DNA of 47,812 nucleotides, taken from a virus. Its lineage: Duplodnaviria > Heunggongvirae > Uroviricota > Caudoviricetes. The stretch is taken from positions 1 through 47,812 of the IMG/VR virus record IMGVR_UViG_649989947_000010; one strand, written 5' to 3'. Every line of letters starts with the position of its first letter. The first letter of the stretch is position 1. Shown piece by piece: positions 21,941-31,432 of the stretch. Below the pieces are notes generated by a model. The model searched no databases and was not told the origin of the DNA. It saw only the letters and a program-made list of their open reading frames with translations. The position numbers and the translations under genes were made by a program.

Positions 21941-22186
21941 TTGGCAGAACGTGTTGATGATGCAGAGCTGAGCATGAATCAGTTAGAAGCTCTCAAAGAC
22001 ATGGCCATCGATAACATCAGAAAGCAGGCACAGGTCGTGAGCCAGGTTTTTACAGGGAAGTGTCGTTACTGCAATGAATCGATTGAATCAGGCATTTATT
22101 GTGACGCTGAATGTGCGCAATGGCACAGGGAAGAGCAGGCTGCAAAACAGCGTAAATATGGCATGCGACCGGCAGGATTTGACTGA
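21941..22186 (+). CDS. Small C4 zinc-finger protein
   Basis: CRYC...CDAEC four-cysteine cluster; 81 aa. Confidence 0.45.
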   Translation: MAERVDDAELSMNQLEALKDMAIDNIRKQAQVVSQVFTGKCRYCNESIESGIYCDAECAQWHREEQAAKQRKYGMRPAGFD

Positions 22187-22188
22187 TT

Positions 22189-22767
22189 ATGTTGCGCTTT
22201 ACTGAGGAAGAGTTTCAGGCTTTTAGTGAGCGTCGAAATAAGGGGCGGTCCAGGCCAAAAACCAAAAAGGATCCATTCTTATCGCTTGCGCCGGTAAAAG
22301 AAGTTTCTCCACATGCGAAGGCACTTGCAGCACTGGCAAAGAACCCAGACCTGCGCGACGGAAATTGCGAGCACTTCGAGCAGGTTTTCATTTTTGATTA
22401 CTTCGAACGCAAGCACCCTGACATCTATGAGCTGTTGCATGCAACGCCTAACGGAGGGAAACGTTCAAAAGCAACCGCCGGGAAAATGAAGGCTGAAGGG
22501 CAGAAAAAAGGTTATCCGGACATGAGTCTCGATAAAGCATGCGGTATTTATCACGGCATGCGAATTGAGCTTAAAGAACTAAATGGTAAAGCCCCGACGA
22601 AAGAGCAGATCGCCTGGATGCGCAGGCTTAGAGAGGAAGGTTACTACGTCGTTCTTGCGTATGGTGCAGAACAAGCGATAACCGCCATCCTGGAATACAT
22701 AAGCCTTAAAAAGGGTGAGGCTATTGAGCATGTATTGAACGGCGATAAGTGGTTGCATGCTTCTTGA
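22189..22767 (+). CDS. Putative VRR-NUC-like nuclease
   Basis: C-terminal HATPNGGKRS...GYPDMSL...GMRIELK pattern resembles VRR-NUC. Confidence 0.35.
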   Translation: MLRFTEEEFQAFSERRNKGRSRPKTKKDPFLSLAPVKEVSPHAKALAALAKNPDLRDGNCEHFEQVFIFDYFERKHPDIYELLHATPNGGKRSKATAGKMKAEGQKKGYPDMSLDKACGIYHGMRIELKELNGKAPTKEQIAWMRRLREEGYYVVLAYGAEQAITAILEYISLKKGEAIEHVLNGDKWLHAS

Positions 22768-22833
22768 AATAATAAATTAATTAGTGCATATCCGCTCTTT
22801 GTGATAGTGCGCCTTAACATCGGGAGAATAATC

Positions 22834-22917
22834 GTGTCATCCAAGGTTAATTATGAGTCGCTGGCATCGGTCATGCCGCGTAATGAACAGGAAACAGATG
22901 CTGTAGTGGACCCTGTA
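22834..22917 (+). pseudogene. 5' part of small gene split by the IS10 insertion (3' part at 25406..25478)
   Basis: GTG at 22834 with RBS GGGAGA; frame runs into IS10 outside end; joining across the 9-bp duplication restores a ~52-codon ORF ending TAG 25476-25478. Confidence 0.45.
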
Positions 22918-24246
22918 CTGATGAATCCCCTAATGATTTTGGTAAAAATCATTAAGTTAAGGTGGATACACATCTTGTCATATGATCAAATGGTTTCGCG
23001 AAAAATCAATAATCAGACAACAAGATGTGCGAACTCGATATTTTACACGACTCTCTTTACCAATTCTGCCCCGAATTACACTTAAAACGACTCAACAGCT
23101 TAACGTTGGCTTGCCACGCATTACTTGACTGTAAAACTCTCACTCTTACCGAACTTGGCCGTAACCTGCCAACCAAAGCGAGAACAAAACATAACATCAA
23201 ACGAATCGACCGATTGTTAGGTAATCGTCACCTCCACAAAGAGCGACTCGCTGTATACCGTTGGCATGCTAGCTTTATCTGTTCGGGCAATACGATGCCC
23301 ATTGTACTTGTTGACTGGTCTGATATTCGTGAGCAAAAACGACTTATGGTATTGCGAGCTTCAGTCGCACTACACGGTCGTTCTGTTACTCTTTATGAGA
23401 AAGCGTTCCCGCTTTCAGAGCAATGTTCAAAGAAAGCTCATGACCAATTTCTAGCCGACCTTGCGAGCATTCTACCGAGTAACACCACACCGCTCATTGT
23501 CAGTGATGCTGGCTTTAAAGTGCCATGGTATAAATCCGTTGAGAAGCTGGGTTGGTACTGGTTAAGTCGAGTAAGAGGAAAAGTACAATATGCAGACCTA
23601 GGAGCGGAAAACTGGAAACCTATCAGCAACTTACATGATATGTCATCTAGTCACTCAAAGACTTTAGGCTATAAGAGGCTGACTAAAAGCAATCCAATCT
23701 CATGCCAAATTCTATTGTATAAATCTCGCTCTAAAGGCCGAAAAAATCAGCGCTCGACACGGACTCATTGTCACCACCCGTCACCTAAAATCTACTCAGC
23801 GTCGGCAAAGGAGCCATGGGTTCTAGCAACTAACTTACCTGTTGAAATTCGAACACCCAAACAACTTGTTAATATCTATTCGAAGCGAATGCAGATTGAA
23901 GAAACCTTCCGAGACTTGAAAAGTCCTGCCTACGGACTAGGCCTACGCCATAGCCGAACGAGCAGCTCAGAGCGTTTTGATATCATGCTGCTAATCGCCC
24001 TGATGCTTCAACTAACATGTTGGCTTGCGGGCGTTCATGCTCAGAAACAAGGTTGGGACAAGCACTTCCAGGCTAACACAGTCAGAAATCGAAACGTACT
24101 CTCAACAGTTCGCTTAGGCATGGAAGTTTTGCGGCATTCTGGCTACACAATAACAAGGGAAGACTTACTCGTGGCTGCAACCCTACTAGCTCAAAATTTA
24201 TTCACACATGGTTACGCTTTGGGGAAATTATGAGGGGATCTCTCAG
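22918..24246 (+). mobile_element. IS10 (IS4 family), complete 1329-bp copy
   Basis: Outside end CTGATGAATCCCCTAATGATTTTGG at 22918; inside end ...GGGGATCTCTCAG ending 24246; 402-aa transposase. Confidence 0.95.
23025..24233 (+). CDS. IS10 transposase
   Basis: 402 aa beginning MCELDILHDSLYQFCPELHLKRL, as recalled for IS10/Tn10 transposase. Confidence 0.95.
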   Translation: MCELDILHDSLYQFCPELHLKRLNSLTLACHALLDCKTLTLTELGRNLPTKARTKHNIKRIDRLLGNRHLHKERLAVYRWHASFICSGNTMPIVLVDWSDIREQKRLMVLRASVALHGRSVTLYEKAFPLSEQCSKKAHDQFLADLASILPSNTTPLIVSDAGFKVPWYKSVEKLGWYWLSRVRGKVQYADLGAENWKPISNLHDMSSSHSKTLGYKRLTKSNPISCQILLYKSRSKGRKNQRSTRTHCHHPSPKIYSASAKEPWVLATNLPVEIRTPKQLVNIYSKRMQIEETFRDLKSPAYGLGLRHSRTSSSERFDIMLLIALMLQLTCWLAGVHAQKQGWDKHFQANTVRNRNVLSTVRLGMEVLRHSGYTITREDLLVAATLLAQNLFTHGYALGKL

Positions 24247-25383
24247 AGCTTAACGTTGGCCTGCCACGCCTTACTTGACTGTAAAACTCTCACTCTTACC
24301 GAACTTGGCCGTAACCTGCCAACCAAAGCGAGAACAAAACATAACATCAAACGAATCGACCGATTGTTAGGTAATCGTCACCTCCACAAAGAGCGACTCG
24401 CTGTATACCGTTGGCATGCTAGCTTTATCTGTTCGGGCAATACGATGCCCATTGTACTTGTTGACTGGTCTGATATCCGTGAGCAAAAACGGCTTATGGT
24501 ATTGCGAGCTTCAGTCGCACTACACGGTCGTTCTGTTACTCTTTATGAGAAAGCGTTCCCGCTTTCAGAGCAATGTTCAAAGAAAGCTCATGACCAATTT
24601 CTAGCCGACCTTGCGAGCATTCTACCGAGTAACACCACACCGCTCATTGTCAGTGATGCTGGCTTTAAAGTGCCATGGTATAAATCCGTTGAGAAGCTGG
24701 GTTGGTACTGGTTAAGTCGAGTAAGAGGAAAAGTACAATATGCAGACCTAGGAGCGGAAAACTGGAAACCTATCAGCAACTTACATGATATGTCATCTAG
24801 TCACTCAAAGACTTTAGGCTATAAGAGGCTGACTAAAAGCAATCCAATCTCATGCCAAATTCTATTGTATAAATCTCGCTCTAAAGGCCGAAAAAATCAG
24901 CGCTCGACACGGACTCATTGTCACCACCCGTCACCTAAAATCTACTCAGCGTCGGCAAAGGAGCCATGGGTTCTAGCAACTAACTTACCTGTTGAAATTC
25001 GAACACCCAAACAACTTGTTAATATCTATTCGAAGCGAATGCAGATTGAAGAAACCTTCCGAGACTTGAAAAGTCCTGCCTACGGACTAGGCCTACGCCA
25101 TAGCCGAACGAGCAGCTCAGAGCGTTTTGATATCATGCTGCTAATCGCCCTGATGCTTCAACTAACATGTTGGCTTGCGGGCGTTCATGCTCAGAAACAA
25201 GGTTGGGACAAGCACTTCCAGGCTAACACAGTCAGAAATCGAAACGTACTCTCAACAGTTCGCTTAGGCATGGAAGTTTTGCGGCATTCTGGCTACACAA
25301 TAACAAGGGAAGACTTACTCGTGGCTGCAACCCTACTAGCTCAAAATTTATTCACACATGGTTACGCTTTGGGGAAATTATGA
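24208..25383 (+). pseudogene. N-terminally truncated IS10 transposase ORF with chimeric start
   Basis: ORF starts inside the 3' end of copy 1 and reads across the junction; lacks the first ~27 native codons. Confidence 0.7.
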
Positions 25384-25396
25384 GGGGATCTCTCAG
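24247..25396 (+). mobile_element. IS10, 5'-truncated copy (positions ~180-1329) abutting the complete copy
   Basis: Begins AGCTTAACGTTGGC (equivalent to 23097 of copy 1), ends with inside end at 25396; four synonymous differences from copy 1 in the first ~250 bp. Confidence 0.9.
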
Positions 25397-25451
25397 GACC
25401 CTGTAATCGCTGAAATGAATGCTCGCCTGGAGGCTGAATTTGCAGCTGAGA

Positions 25452-26081
25452 ATGAACATACCACCCAGGGCGACTAGGACTGTTTTTTGTGTCGGTAGCG
25501 GTCCGTCACTCACTCGTGAGGACTGTGCTGCTATAGAAAAAACTGGCTGTTCAATCATCGCGGTTAACAATTCCTGGCAGATGTTCGATGACATTTATGC
25601 CTTATACGCCGGTGATTTGTCATGGTGGAAGCAATACGGTTCCACCATACCGGGAGGGAGGTTCCGCAAAGTGACAGCCAACCTGGCGGCGGCGAAATCA
25701 TTTTCGTTGGAGTACAGGCGATATTGTGGACCGGCGGAAGGGGTAAATAGCGGCGCGCAGGCTATCAGTCTGGCGGCTGAATCAGGGGCTGAAGTAGTTG
25801 TATTAGTCGGCTATGACTGTTCTCTGCAAAACGGCCTTCATTGGCATGGCGCGCACCCTCAAGCACTACGGAATCCAACGCAGGTGTCTATTTCTAAATG
25901 GCAACAGCAGTTCCTGGATACCCGCAAAAAACACGCAGATTTACATATTTTGAATGCAAGTAGGAGCAGTGCAATTCAATGTTTCCCAAGAATAAATTTA
26001 GAGGCAGTGATCGCGTTATTATCGTCGGCAGTGGCCCAAGCGCCGCAAACTTTGTTGCGCCGCGCGGAGTGCCGATTATAG
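25452..26081 (+). CDS. GSGPS-motif Rossmann-like protein, paralog A (sialyltransferase/DUF115-like fold?)
   Basis: VFCVGSGPSL...IIAVNN...VVLVGYDCS...H; paralogous to next gene. Confidence 0.45.
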   Translation: MNIPPRATRTVFCVGSGPSLTREDCAAIEKTGCSIIAVNNSWQMFDDIYALYAGDLSWWKQYGSTIPGGRFRKVTANLAAAKSFSLEYRRYCGPAEGVNSGAQAISLAAESGAEVVVLVGYDCSLQNGLHWHGAHPQALRNPTQVSISKWQQQFLDTRKKHADLHILNASRSSAIQCFPRINLEAVIALLSSAVAQAPQTLLRRAECRL

Positions 26082-26605
26082 CGGTCAATGGGGCCATCGA
26101 CTGGCTTAACCGCGCTTCTTATTTTTTCACACTTGATCCATCGCCAGACAATATGCGGCGCGTTGGTCGTGGCCGCCGTCGCCGTGGTGTTTGTTATTGC
26201 ATGGCACTACCCGATGTTAAAGAACGTGAAGTCAGGGATGGCGTTCTGTGCTTCCGTCGTGTGGCTGAACGCGGCACGGAGCCAAAAAATACGAATTCTC
26301 CCGAGTGGTGGGCGTGGCGCTGGTCCGCTCATTTCGGCCTTTGCGAAGATGAGAATGAAATTGCCAGCGGCAATAGTGCATATGGTGCTCTGAACCTGGC
26401 TTTCCATATCGGATTCAAACATGTAGCCCTGGTGGGCGTTGACGCTACGCAAGAACCACGCGTTCACTCCGGCGGCACGCCAAAAAATCTAAGTCACCTG
26501 CCTTTGTTATTCCAGTCTGCGCGTGAACAGATTGACGTTGTTTCATGCGGGAAAATGGGAGGTATTCCGCAGATGACTCTTAAAGAATGGCTGAAGAATA
26601 CATGA
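25979..26605 (+). CDS. GSGPS-motif Rossmann-like protein, paralog B
   Basis: [10 protein letters not shown]...IIAVNG...VALVGVDAT; overlaps paralog A by 103 nt. Confidence 0.45.
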   Translation: MFPKNKFRGSDRVIIVGSGPSAANFVAPRGVPIIAVNGAIDWLNRASYFFTLDPSPDNMRRVGRGRRRRGVCYCMALPDVKEREVRDGVLCFRRVAERGTEPKNTNSPEWWAWRWSAHFGLCEDENEIASGNSAYGALNLAFHIGFKHVALVGVDATQEPRVHSGGTPKNLSHLPLLFQSAREQIDVVSCGKMGGIPQMTLKEWLKNT

Positions 26606-27279
26606 TGGCACCCACAATTTATCACCGTATCGACGGTACCAAATACAGGAATGTCTGGGTTGTTGGTGATCTGCATGGTTGCTACACCAGACTGATGTCC
26701 GAACTCCATCGTGTGGATTTTGACCCGGCGCAGGATTTACTGATATCGGTCGGCGACCTTATCGATCGCGGTACTGAAAATGTCGAATGTCTGGAACTAT
26801 TGCAGATGCCCTGGTTCAGGGCAGTGATGGGGAACCATGAGCGGTTGATGCTCGATGCGTTAAGTCCTGATGGCAACGTGAATAACTGGCTAATGAATGG
26901 TGGACAATGGTTCTTCATGTTGGACACTGATCAGGAAATATTAGCCAGGGCGCTGGTGGAGCTGGTAAGACGTCTGCCCTATATCATTGAGTTGAACACC
27001 GGGCAAGAAACTATCGTTATAGCCCATGCCGACTATCCGGATAATGAATATCAATTCGGTAAGGAGGTGCCGCTTTTCAACGTTGTCTGGGCGCGCGAGC
27101 GTATCAGTGATTCGATGGATGATATTGGTGGCGAAATTTCGGGCGCAGATCGTTTTATCTTTGGTCACACTCCGGTGAAAAGCCCGAAGACATTCTGGAA
27201 TCAGCATTATATCGACACTGGTGCCGTATTTTGCGGAAACCTGACATTGATCAAAGTGAAAGGTGATGGTGCAGCATGA
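26587..27279 (+). CDS. ppp: Ser/Thr protein phosphatase (lambda-phosphatase-like metallophosphoesterase)
   Basis: GDLHG, GDLIDRG, GNHE motifs; near-colinear with recalled lambda PPase; alternative starts at 26602/26605. Confidence 0.85.
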   Translation: MAEEYMMAPTIYHRIDGTKYRNVWVVGDLHGCYTRLMSELHRVDFDPAQDLLISVGDLIDRGTENVECLELLQMPWFRAVMGNHERLMLDALSPDGNVNNWLMNGGQWFFMLDTDQEILARALVELVRRLPYIIELNTGQETIVIAHADYPDNEYQFGKEVPLFNVVWARERISDSMDDIGGEISGADRFIFGHTPVKSPKTFWNQHYIDTGAVFCGNLTLIKVKGDGAA

Positions 27280-27977
27280 AGATTGCTTTAGTTCTTCGCT
27301 CTGGTGGTGACTATAACGCTTCCGATGTGCAGTGGCTGGTTAATCAACTGCCAAAAGGCTATGAAATTATTTGCCTGACAGACCTGAAGCGTTTACATGT
27401 ACCTGGCGTCAAAGTTATCCCATTGATCAACCAGTGGCAAAAGTGCCGTGGCTGGTGGGCGAAAATCGAGTTGTTCCGACCGGATATAACCGATGATCTG
27501 TTCTATCTGGATTTGGACACGGTTATTGCCGGTGATATACGCCCAATCCTTGAGAATCCACCAACCAGCTTCACCATGCTTAGGGATTTTTACCATCCAC
27601 AATATCGTGGTAGCGGTGCCCTGTGGATACCAAATAGTGTAAAAGCGCATATCTGGAGTGCATTCTGGCAAGATCCGGAAGGTTGGATTGCTCGTTGTGT
27701 TACTACTGAATGCTGGGGTGATCAGGGGTTTTTGCGGAAGGTTATGGGTGATGATACACCAGCATTTCAGGATCTGTATCCAGGATGGTTTGTAAGTTAC
27801 AAGGCCGATGTTGTGGAACCTGGTTCAAAATATGCGAGCGCGCGTTACTCCAGGGGGAATGGGACATTACCAAAGGACTGCCGAATAATCTTTTTCCACG
27901 GCAAACCGCGGCCTCGCGAAGTGTCAGAGGATTGGCTTCCCCTCATTAGCTCGTTTTTTGAGCGAGAATCAGAATAA
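27276..27977 (+). CDS. Putative GT-A-type glycosyltransferase (DxD motif)
   Basis: FYLDLDTVI DxD-like motif; start overlaps ppp stop. Confidence 0.4.
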   Translation: MKIALVLRSGGDYNASDVQWLVNQLPKGYEIICLTDLKRLHVPGVKVIPLINQWQKCRGWWAKIELFRPDITDDLFYLDLDTVIAGDIRPILENPPTSFTMLRDFYHPQYRGSGALWIPNSVKAHIWSAFWQDPEGWIARCVTTECWGDQGFLRKVMGDDTPAFQDLYPGWFVSYKADVVEPGSKYASARYSRGNGTLPKDCRIIFFHGKPRPREVSEDWLPLISSFFERESE

Positions 27978-27978
27978 T

Positions 27979-27995
27979 ATTGCTCTAATAATTCC
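27979..27995 (+). promoter_or_regulatory. C1 operator-like site (ATTGCTCTAATAATTCC)
   Basis: 14/17 to consensus; immediately after the GT-A-like gene stop. Confidence 0.55.
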
Positions 27996-28002
27996 ATATT
28001 TT

Positions 28003-28034
28003 TAAAACGTGATGTACACTCATCACGTTTTTTA
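28003..28034. terminator. Bidirectional rho-independent terminator
   Basis: AAAACGTGATG-TACACT-CATCACGTTTTTT. Confidence 0.65.
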
Positions 28035-28044
28035 TTAGAGCAAT
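28028..28044 (-). promoter_or_regulatory. C1 operator-like site, inverted relative to 27979
   Basis: Plus strand TTTTTTATTAGAGCAAT, 15/17 to reverse consensus. Confidence 0.55.
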
Positions 28045-28058
28045 CCATAAGGTGCACT

Positions 28059-28277
28059 ATGTGGCCATTCCGACGGAAATATCACTACTGGCTGATCGCC
28101 TTTGTTACGCCGACCGGCGGTATCAGGCATGTCATCACCAGGTATCGCAACAAGAGACTCACCTTAGCCAGAATTTTACAGGCTGCCATAGGTGAGGGAC
28201 TGGATACAAATTGCGTAGTCCTTCCTCCTTCATACTTAGGAAAAATGACCGAAGCACAAGCTAATACGGAACTTTGA
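28059..28277 (+). CDS. Small hypothetical protein (72 aa)
   Basis: ORF between operator pair and the 420-aa gene. Confidence 0.35.
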   Translation: MWPFRRKYHYWLIAFVTPTGGIRHVITRYRNKRLTLARILQAAIGEGLDTNCVVLPPSYLGKMTEAQANTEL

Positions 28278-28278
28278 A

Positions 28279-29541
28279 ATGAGCACTTCAGCACAAAACC
28301 AATCAATCGAAAATGTATCTATCCCTGATGTCCTGAATGCCGGTATCCCGGCCATTATCCAGAACATCCGGGCCGCGCAACGCCGCGTTAGTTGTGATGA
28401 CCTCACAGCACGTTTTTTTGATAATGCGGTTCAGTCAGCGGAGATGCTTCACGCACAGCTTATTGATGTTTATAACGCAGAAGCTGATAGCCATAACTCC
28501 CTGGTAGATGCAGCTGAAAATATGCAGTTGGATCTCGGTCTGAAGGGTAAAGAAATTGAAGAGCTTCATCTGCAAATTGAACATTTGAAACGCCAGCAAC
28601 AGGACGCGATCGACGATGCGACGCATGACGCCAACCAGCGTGCTGATAATGCCGAACGTATAAGCATTGAGCTGGAAACAAAACTCAATGAAATGACCGC
28701 GATGGTTGAACTGCGGAACTCACAGATTTCAACGCTAAAATCTCAATATAAAGAGATCATGAAACTTGATCCTTTTAACCTTGAGAAACGCTATAACAAA
28801 GCTAAAAGCGAGCGACAGGAACTGCGTAAGCAGGTCGCCGACCTTAACCAACAGCTCAAAAAAACTATTAAAGATGCAAGCGAGGCGCGCGTGGCATTTG
28901 CTAATAAAAAAGCAGAGGTTACCGCGCTGGTTAATGAGAATGCCAAATTTGCGACGCTCAAGAAGGAAATGTATGGCATTACTGAGCGCCGTTTCCCTGC
29001 AAGCAAACTCCATCCGACGTTAGGGCAAATCTCATTCTTCCCGCGCCTCCTGGCTTATGGGATCTCATCGCCTAAAGAGTTCAATAACGAGCGTCCTTAT
29101 ATCGTTTCTAAGCTGGACTTTGCTTATCAGTTCTGCTGCGACATGGGCTATGCCATTGATATCCGTATCAACGAATGGTTGATGCCAAACTTCCAGCCGT
29201 TGGCAATTTTCCGCGAGTTCCAGCCGGAAGGTTGGGTAGAGTTCTTCCATGAATTGATCTGTAAAGAGATGGAAAGCCGCCGCCCGGAATTGGTCCGTCG
29301 AGTTGAGTGGGCGCAAGAGGTTATGTTGGCAGATGCAGAGCTGCCGTTCGAACCGGAATTCATTGATGATCTGGCAACTAAAGGGTTGCATACCCTGTTT
29401 GATGTGGTTACCCGCCGTCATGAGCAGTTGGTTGTCGAATTGGGTTTAGAGGAAACAGCGGCAAGAAGACTTCTCGATGTTTGCTATGCACGTAGCGATG
29501 CATGGGAAAAAGAGAACGGCGGCACTATTTACGTTCGCTGA
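28279..29541 (+). CDS. Coiled-coil protein with uncharacterised C-terminal domain (420 aa)
   Basis: Long heptad-like charged N-terminal region (residues ~90-220), then a ~200-aa globular domain; no recognised motif. Confidence 0.5.
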   Translation: MSTSAQNQSIENVSIPDVLNAGIPAIIQNIRAAQRRVSCDDLTARFFDNAVQSAEMLHAQLIDVYNAEADSHNSLVDAAENMQLDLGLKGKEIEELHLQIEHLKRQQQDAIDDATHDANQRADNAERISIELETKLNEMTAMVELRNSQISTLKSQYKEIMKLDPFNLEKRYNKAKSERQELRKQVADLNQQLKKTIKDASEARVAFANKKAEVTALVNENAKFATLKKEMYGITERRFPASKLHPTLGQISFFPRLLAYGISSPKEFNNERPYIVSKLDFAYQFCCDMGYAIDIRINEWLMPNFQPLAIFREFQPEGWVEFFHELICKEMESRRPELVRRVEWAQEVMLADAELPFEPEFIDDLATKGLHTLFDVVTRRHEQLVVELGLEETAARRLLDVCYARSDAWEKENGGTIYVR

Positions 29542-29560
29542 TAGTTACAGTGTCACTTTT

Positions 29561-29596
29561 AATGCTGGTGGAGTGCGCCCACCAGCATTTTTTTCG
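29561..29596 (+). terminator. Rho-independent terminator (11-bp perfect stem)
   Basis: AATGCTGGTGG-AGTGCGC-CCACCAGCATT followed by TTTTTTCG. Confidence 0.75.
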
Positions 29597-29613
29597 TCCA
29601 ATGAGGAGGGCAT

Positions 29614-30120
29614 TTGAGTATTTTCAATAAACACGCACACCAGGAACGTCCGTACATCGTCATAGTAGATATTGATGGGACGATATCAGAGGCAACGGAA
29701 GACAGGCTGCATTTACTTCCACCACCTGGCAAAGGTGCATTAACAGAGCACTGGAACGAGTTTAACCTTGCCTGTGACACTGATGCTCCCATCACTCCAG
29801 TTATTGATATGGTGCGCCAGTTGTCCGGCATTTACACCCTCTGGTTTGTAACCGGGCGCTGTGAGATAGCCAGGGATAAAACACGAGCCTGGTTGCGTAA
29901 GCACGTAACAAACGGGGCTGAGCCTTTGCTATCTATGCGTCCTGCTACCGATGATAGAAATGACGGCCCAGCAAAGATTGATCTCCTTAAGAAAATTGGT
30001 CTAAGTAAAATCGCGTTCGCGCTGGAAGATAAGATTGAAGTGGCGCGTGTTTTCAGGAGTCACGGCGTACTTACGTTAATGGTCAGGGAGTATGAAAACG
30101 CGCTTCTCCATCAACAATAA
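29614..30120 (+). CDS. HAD-superfamily phosphatase/nucleotidase-like protein
   Basis: TTG start with strong RBS GAGGAGGG; VIVDIDGT (DxDGT) nucleophile motif. Confidence 0.55.
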   Translation: MSIFNKHAHQERPYIVIVDIDGTISEATEDRLHLLPPPGKGALTEHWNEFNLACDTDAPITPVIDMVRQLSGIYTLWFVTGRCEIARDKTRAWLRKHVTNGAEPLLSMRPATDDRNDGPAKIDLLKKIGLSKIAFALEDKIEVARVFRSHGVLTLMVREYENALLHQQ

Positions 30121-30136
30121 TTGCTCTAATAAATCT
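30120..30136 (+). promoter_or_regulatory. C1 operator-like site (ATTGCTCTAATAAATCT)
   Basis: 16/17; overlaps the stop of the HAD-like gene. Confidence 0.65.
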
Positions 30137-30218
30137 TGATTTTTAAAACAGAGAAAGTGAAAATAAAAACATGCCGCAAGGCGCGGCATGTATCCAATCA
30201 ATCACAGGAGCTGAAAAT

Positions 30219-30305
30219 ATGAACACGGCATTCAAAATCATTATGGCCGCGATCTATTTCTGGCTGTTCTCTATCACTTTTGGCGGCATTGTCGCGCATG
30301 GGTAA
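30219..30305 (+). CDS. 28-aa hydrophobic peptide
   Basis: MNTAFKIIMAAIYFWLFSITFGGIVAHG; RBS AGGAG 7 nt upstream; not in supplied ORF track (below length cutoff). Confidence 0.4.
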   Translation: MNTAFKIIMAAIYFWLFSITFGGIVAHG

Positions 30306-30314
30306 GGGGGATGC

Positions 30315-31043
30315 ATGAAAGGCGAAGTGAAAGAGCGCGGCATGATTTTCAACGATGAGATGGTCCGGGCCATCATCGAAGGAAGGAAAACGCAGACGCG
30401 GCGGATAATGAAAAATCAGCCTGCGGAAGTTGGTCCAGAAGCACCAGTGATGGTTAGAAAAATTGGTGCAGGTTTTCAGTGGTACGGGGCTGATGGTGTA
30501 AGCAGTGTCTTCAATTGCCCCTTTGGTATCGTCGGCGATCGAATTTGGGTTCGTGAAACATGGGCGATATTAGGCAATGAGGATGGTTGTAGTGTGGACT
30601 GGAACGACAACCTTTGTCGTGGTGATGAGAAGAACGCAGCAAGGATTTATCGGGCCAGTTGTGAGCAAAAGCCTGGTGATTACGGCTTATGGTCGATACC
30701 CGATGATGCCGACTGGAAACCTCACACTGTGAATGAAAAGTTTGATGGTGGGTGGCGTCCATCAATTCACATGCCGCGATGGGCATCACGCATTCTGTTG
30801 GAAATTACCAACGTGCGCGTTGAGCGGTTGAACGATATCAGCGAATGCGATGCAGGGGCTGAGGGCGTTCCGCCTGCTGGAAGTTTGCTTCCTGATTACC
30901 CGGAAACATTCCTTACTCCCAAGGGGGATTTCGCAATGGCCAAGGTTGCGTTCCAGCGTCTGTGGGAATCCATCTATGGTGAAGAAAGCTGGAACGCTAA
31001 TCCCTGGGTATGGGTAATTGAGTTTAAGCGCATTCAGGAATAA
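30315..31043 (+). CDS. Phage protein, possibly ASCH/PUA-like
   Basis: N-terminus MIFNDEMVRAIIEGRKTQTRR resembles ASCH GxKxxExR-type motif; weak. Confidence 0.35.
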   Translation: MKGEVKERGMIFNDEMVRAIIEGRKTQTRRIMKNQPAEVGPEAPVMVRKIGAGFQWYGADGVSSVFNCPFGIVGDRIWVRETWAILGNEDGCSVDWNDNLCRGDEKNAARIYRASCEQKPGDYGLWSIPDDADWKPHTVNEKFDGGWRPSIHMPRWASRILLEITNVRVERLNDISECDAGAEGVPPAGSLLPDYPETFLTPKGDFAMAKVAFQRLWESIYGEESWNANPWVWVIEFKRIQE

Positions 31044-31052
31044 ACCGTGAGT

Positions 31053-31232
31053 ATGCATCAAGTCGTCAGCTTTTCAGGTGACGGGATTGCCAGAATGTAT
31101 GCCGACAGCGACTACAGAAATTTGTATCAGGCGATGGTGCAGGCCAAGCGGTTTGATACTGGTTCGTGTTCCGAATCATGTGAAATCTGGGGTGACCAAT
31201 TGGAGTTGAAATTCGAAGAGGTTGTGGCATGA
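31053..31232 (+). CDS. Small hypothetical protein
   Basis: ORF in tightly packed operon. Confidence 0.3.
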   Translation: MHQVVSFSGDGIARMYADSDYRNLYQAMVQAKRFDTGSCSESCEIWGDQLELKFEEVVA

Positions 31233-31432
31233 CAATCGTAAAAACCCATACCGGTACCGTGATCACCAAAGATGGCCCGCAGGTAAAAAAACTGCACCAA
31301 ACAGAGCGGATGTGGGTCGTTGGCAAAAACGAGTTTTACCACAAAGAAACTGGACGCCGCCATTTTGCAGAAAATACGCGCCGCCGACTGCTGTTAGACA
31401 CCATCAAGCCTATCGAGGTGAAGCATGTTTAA
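31229..31432 (+). CDS. Small hypothetical protein
   Basis: ORF with overlapping stop/start to neighbours. Confidence 0.3.
   Translation: MTIVKTHTGTVITKDGPQVKKLHQTERMWVVGKNEFYHKETGRRHFAENTRRRLLLDTIKPIEVKHV

Noticed and set aside
22768-22800. Additional C1 operator after the VRR-NUC-like gene
   Set aside because: Best alignment is only about 13/17 to the consensus; too weak to call.
26088-26709. Short ORFs on both strands overlapping the GSGPS paralog B and ppp
   Set aside because: Embedded in better-supported genes with conserved motifs; no RBS or conservation evidence.
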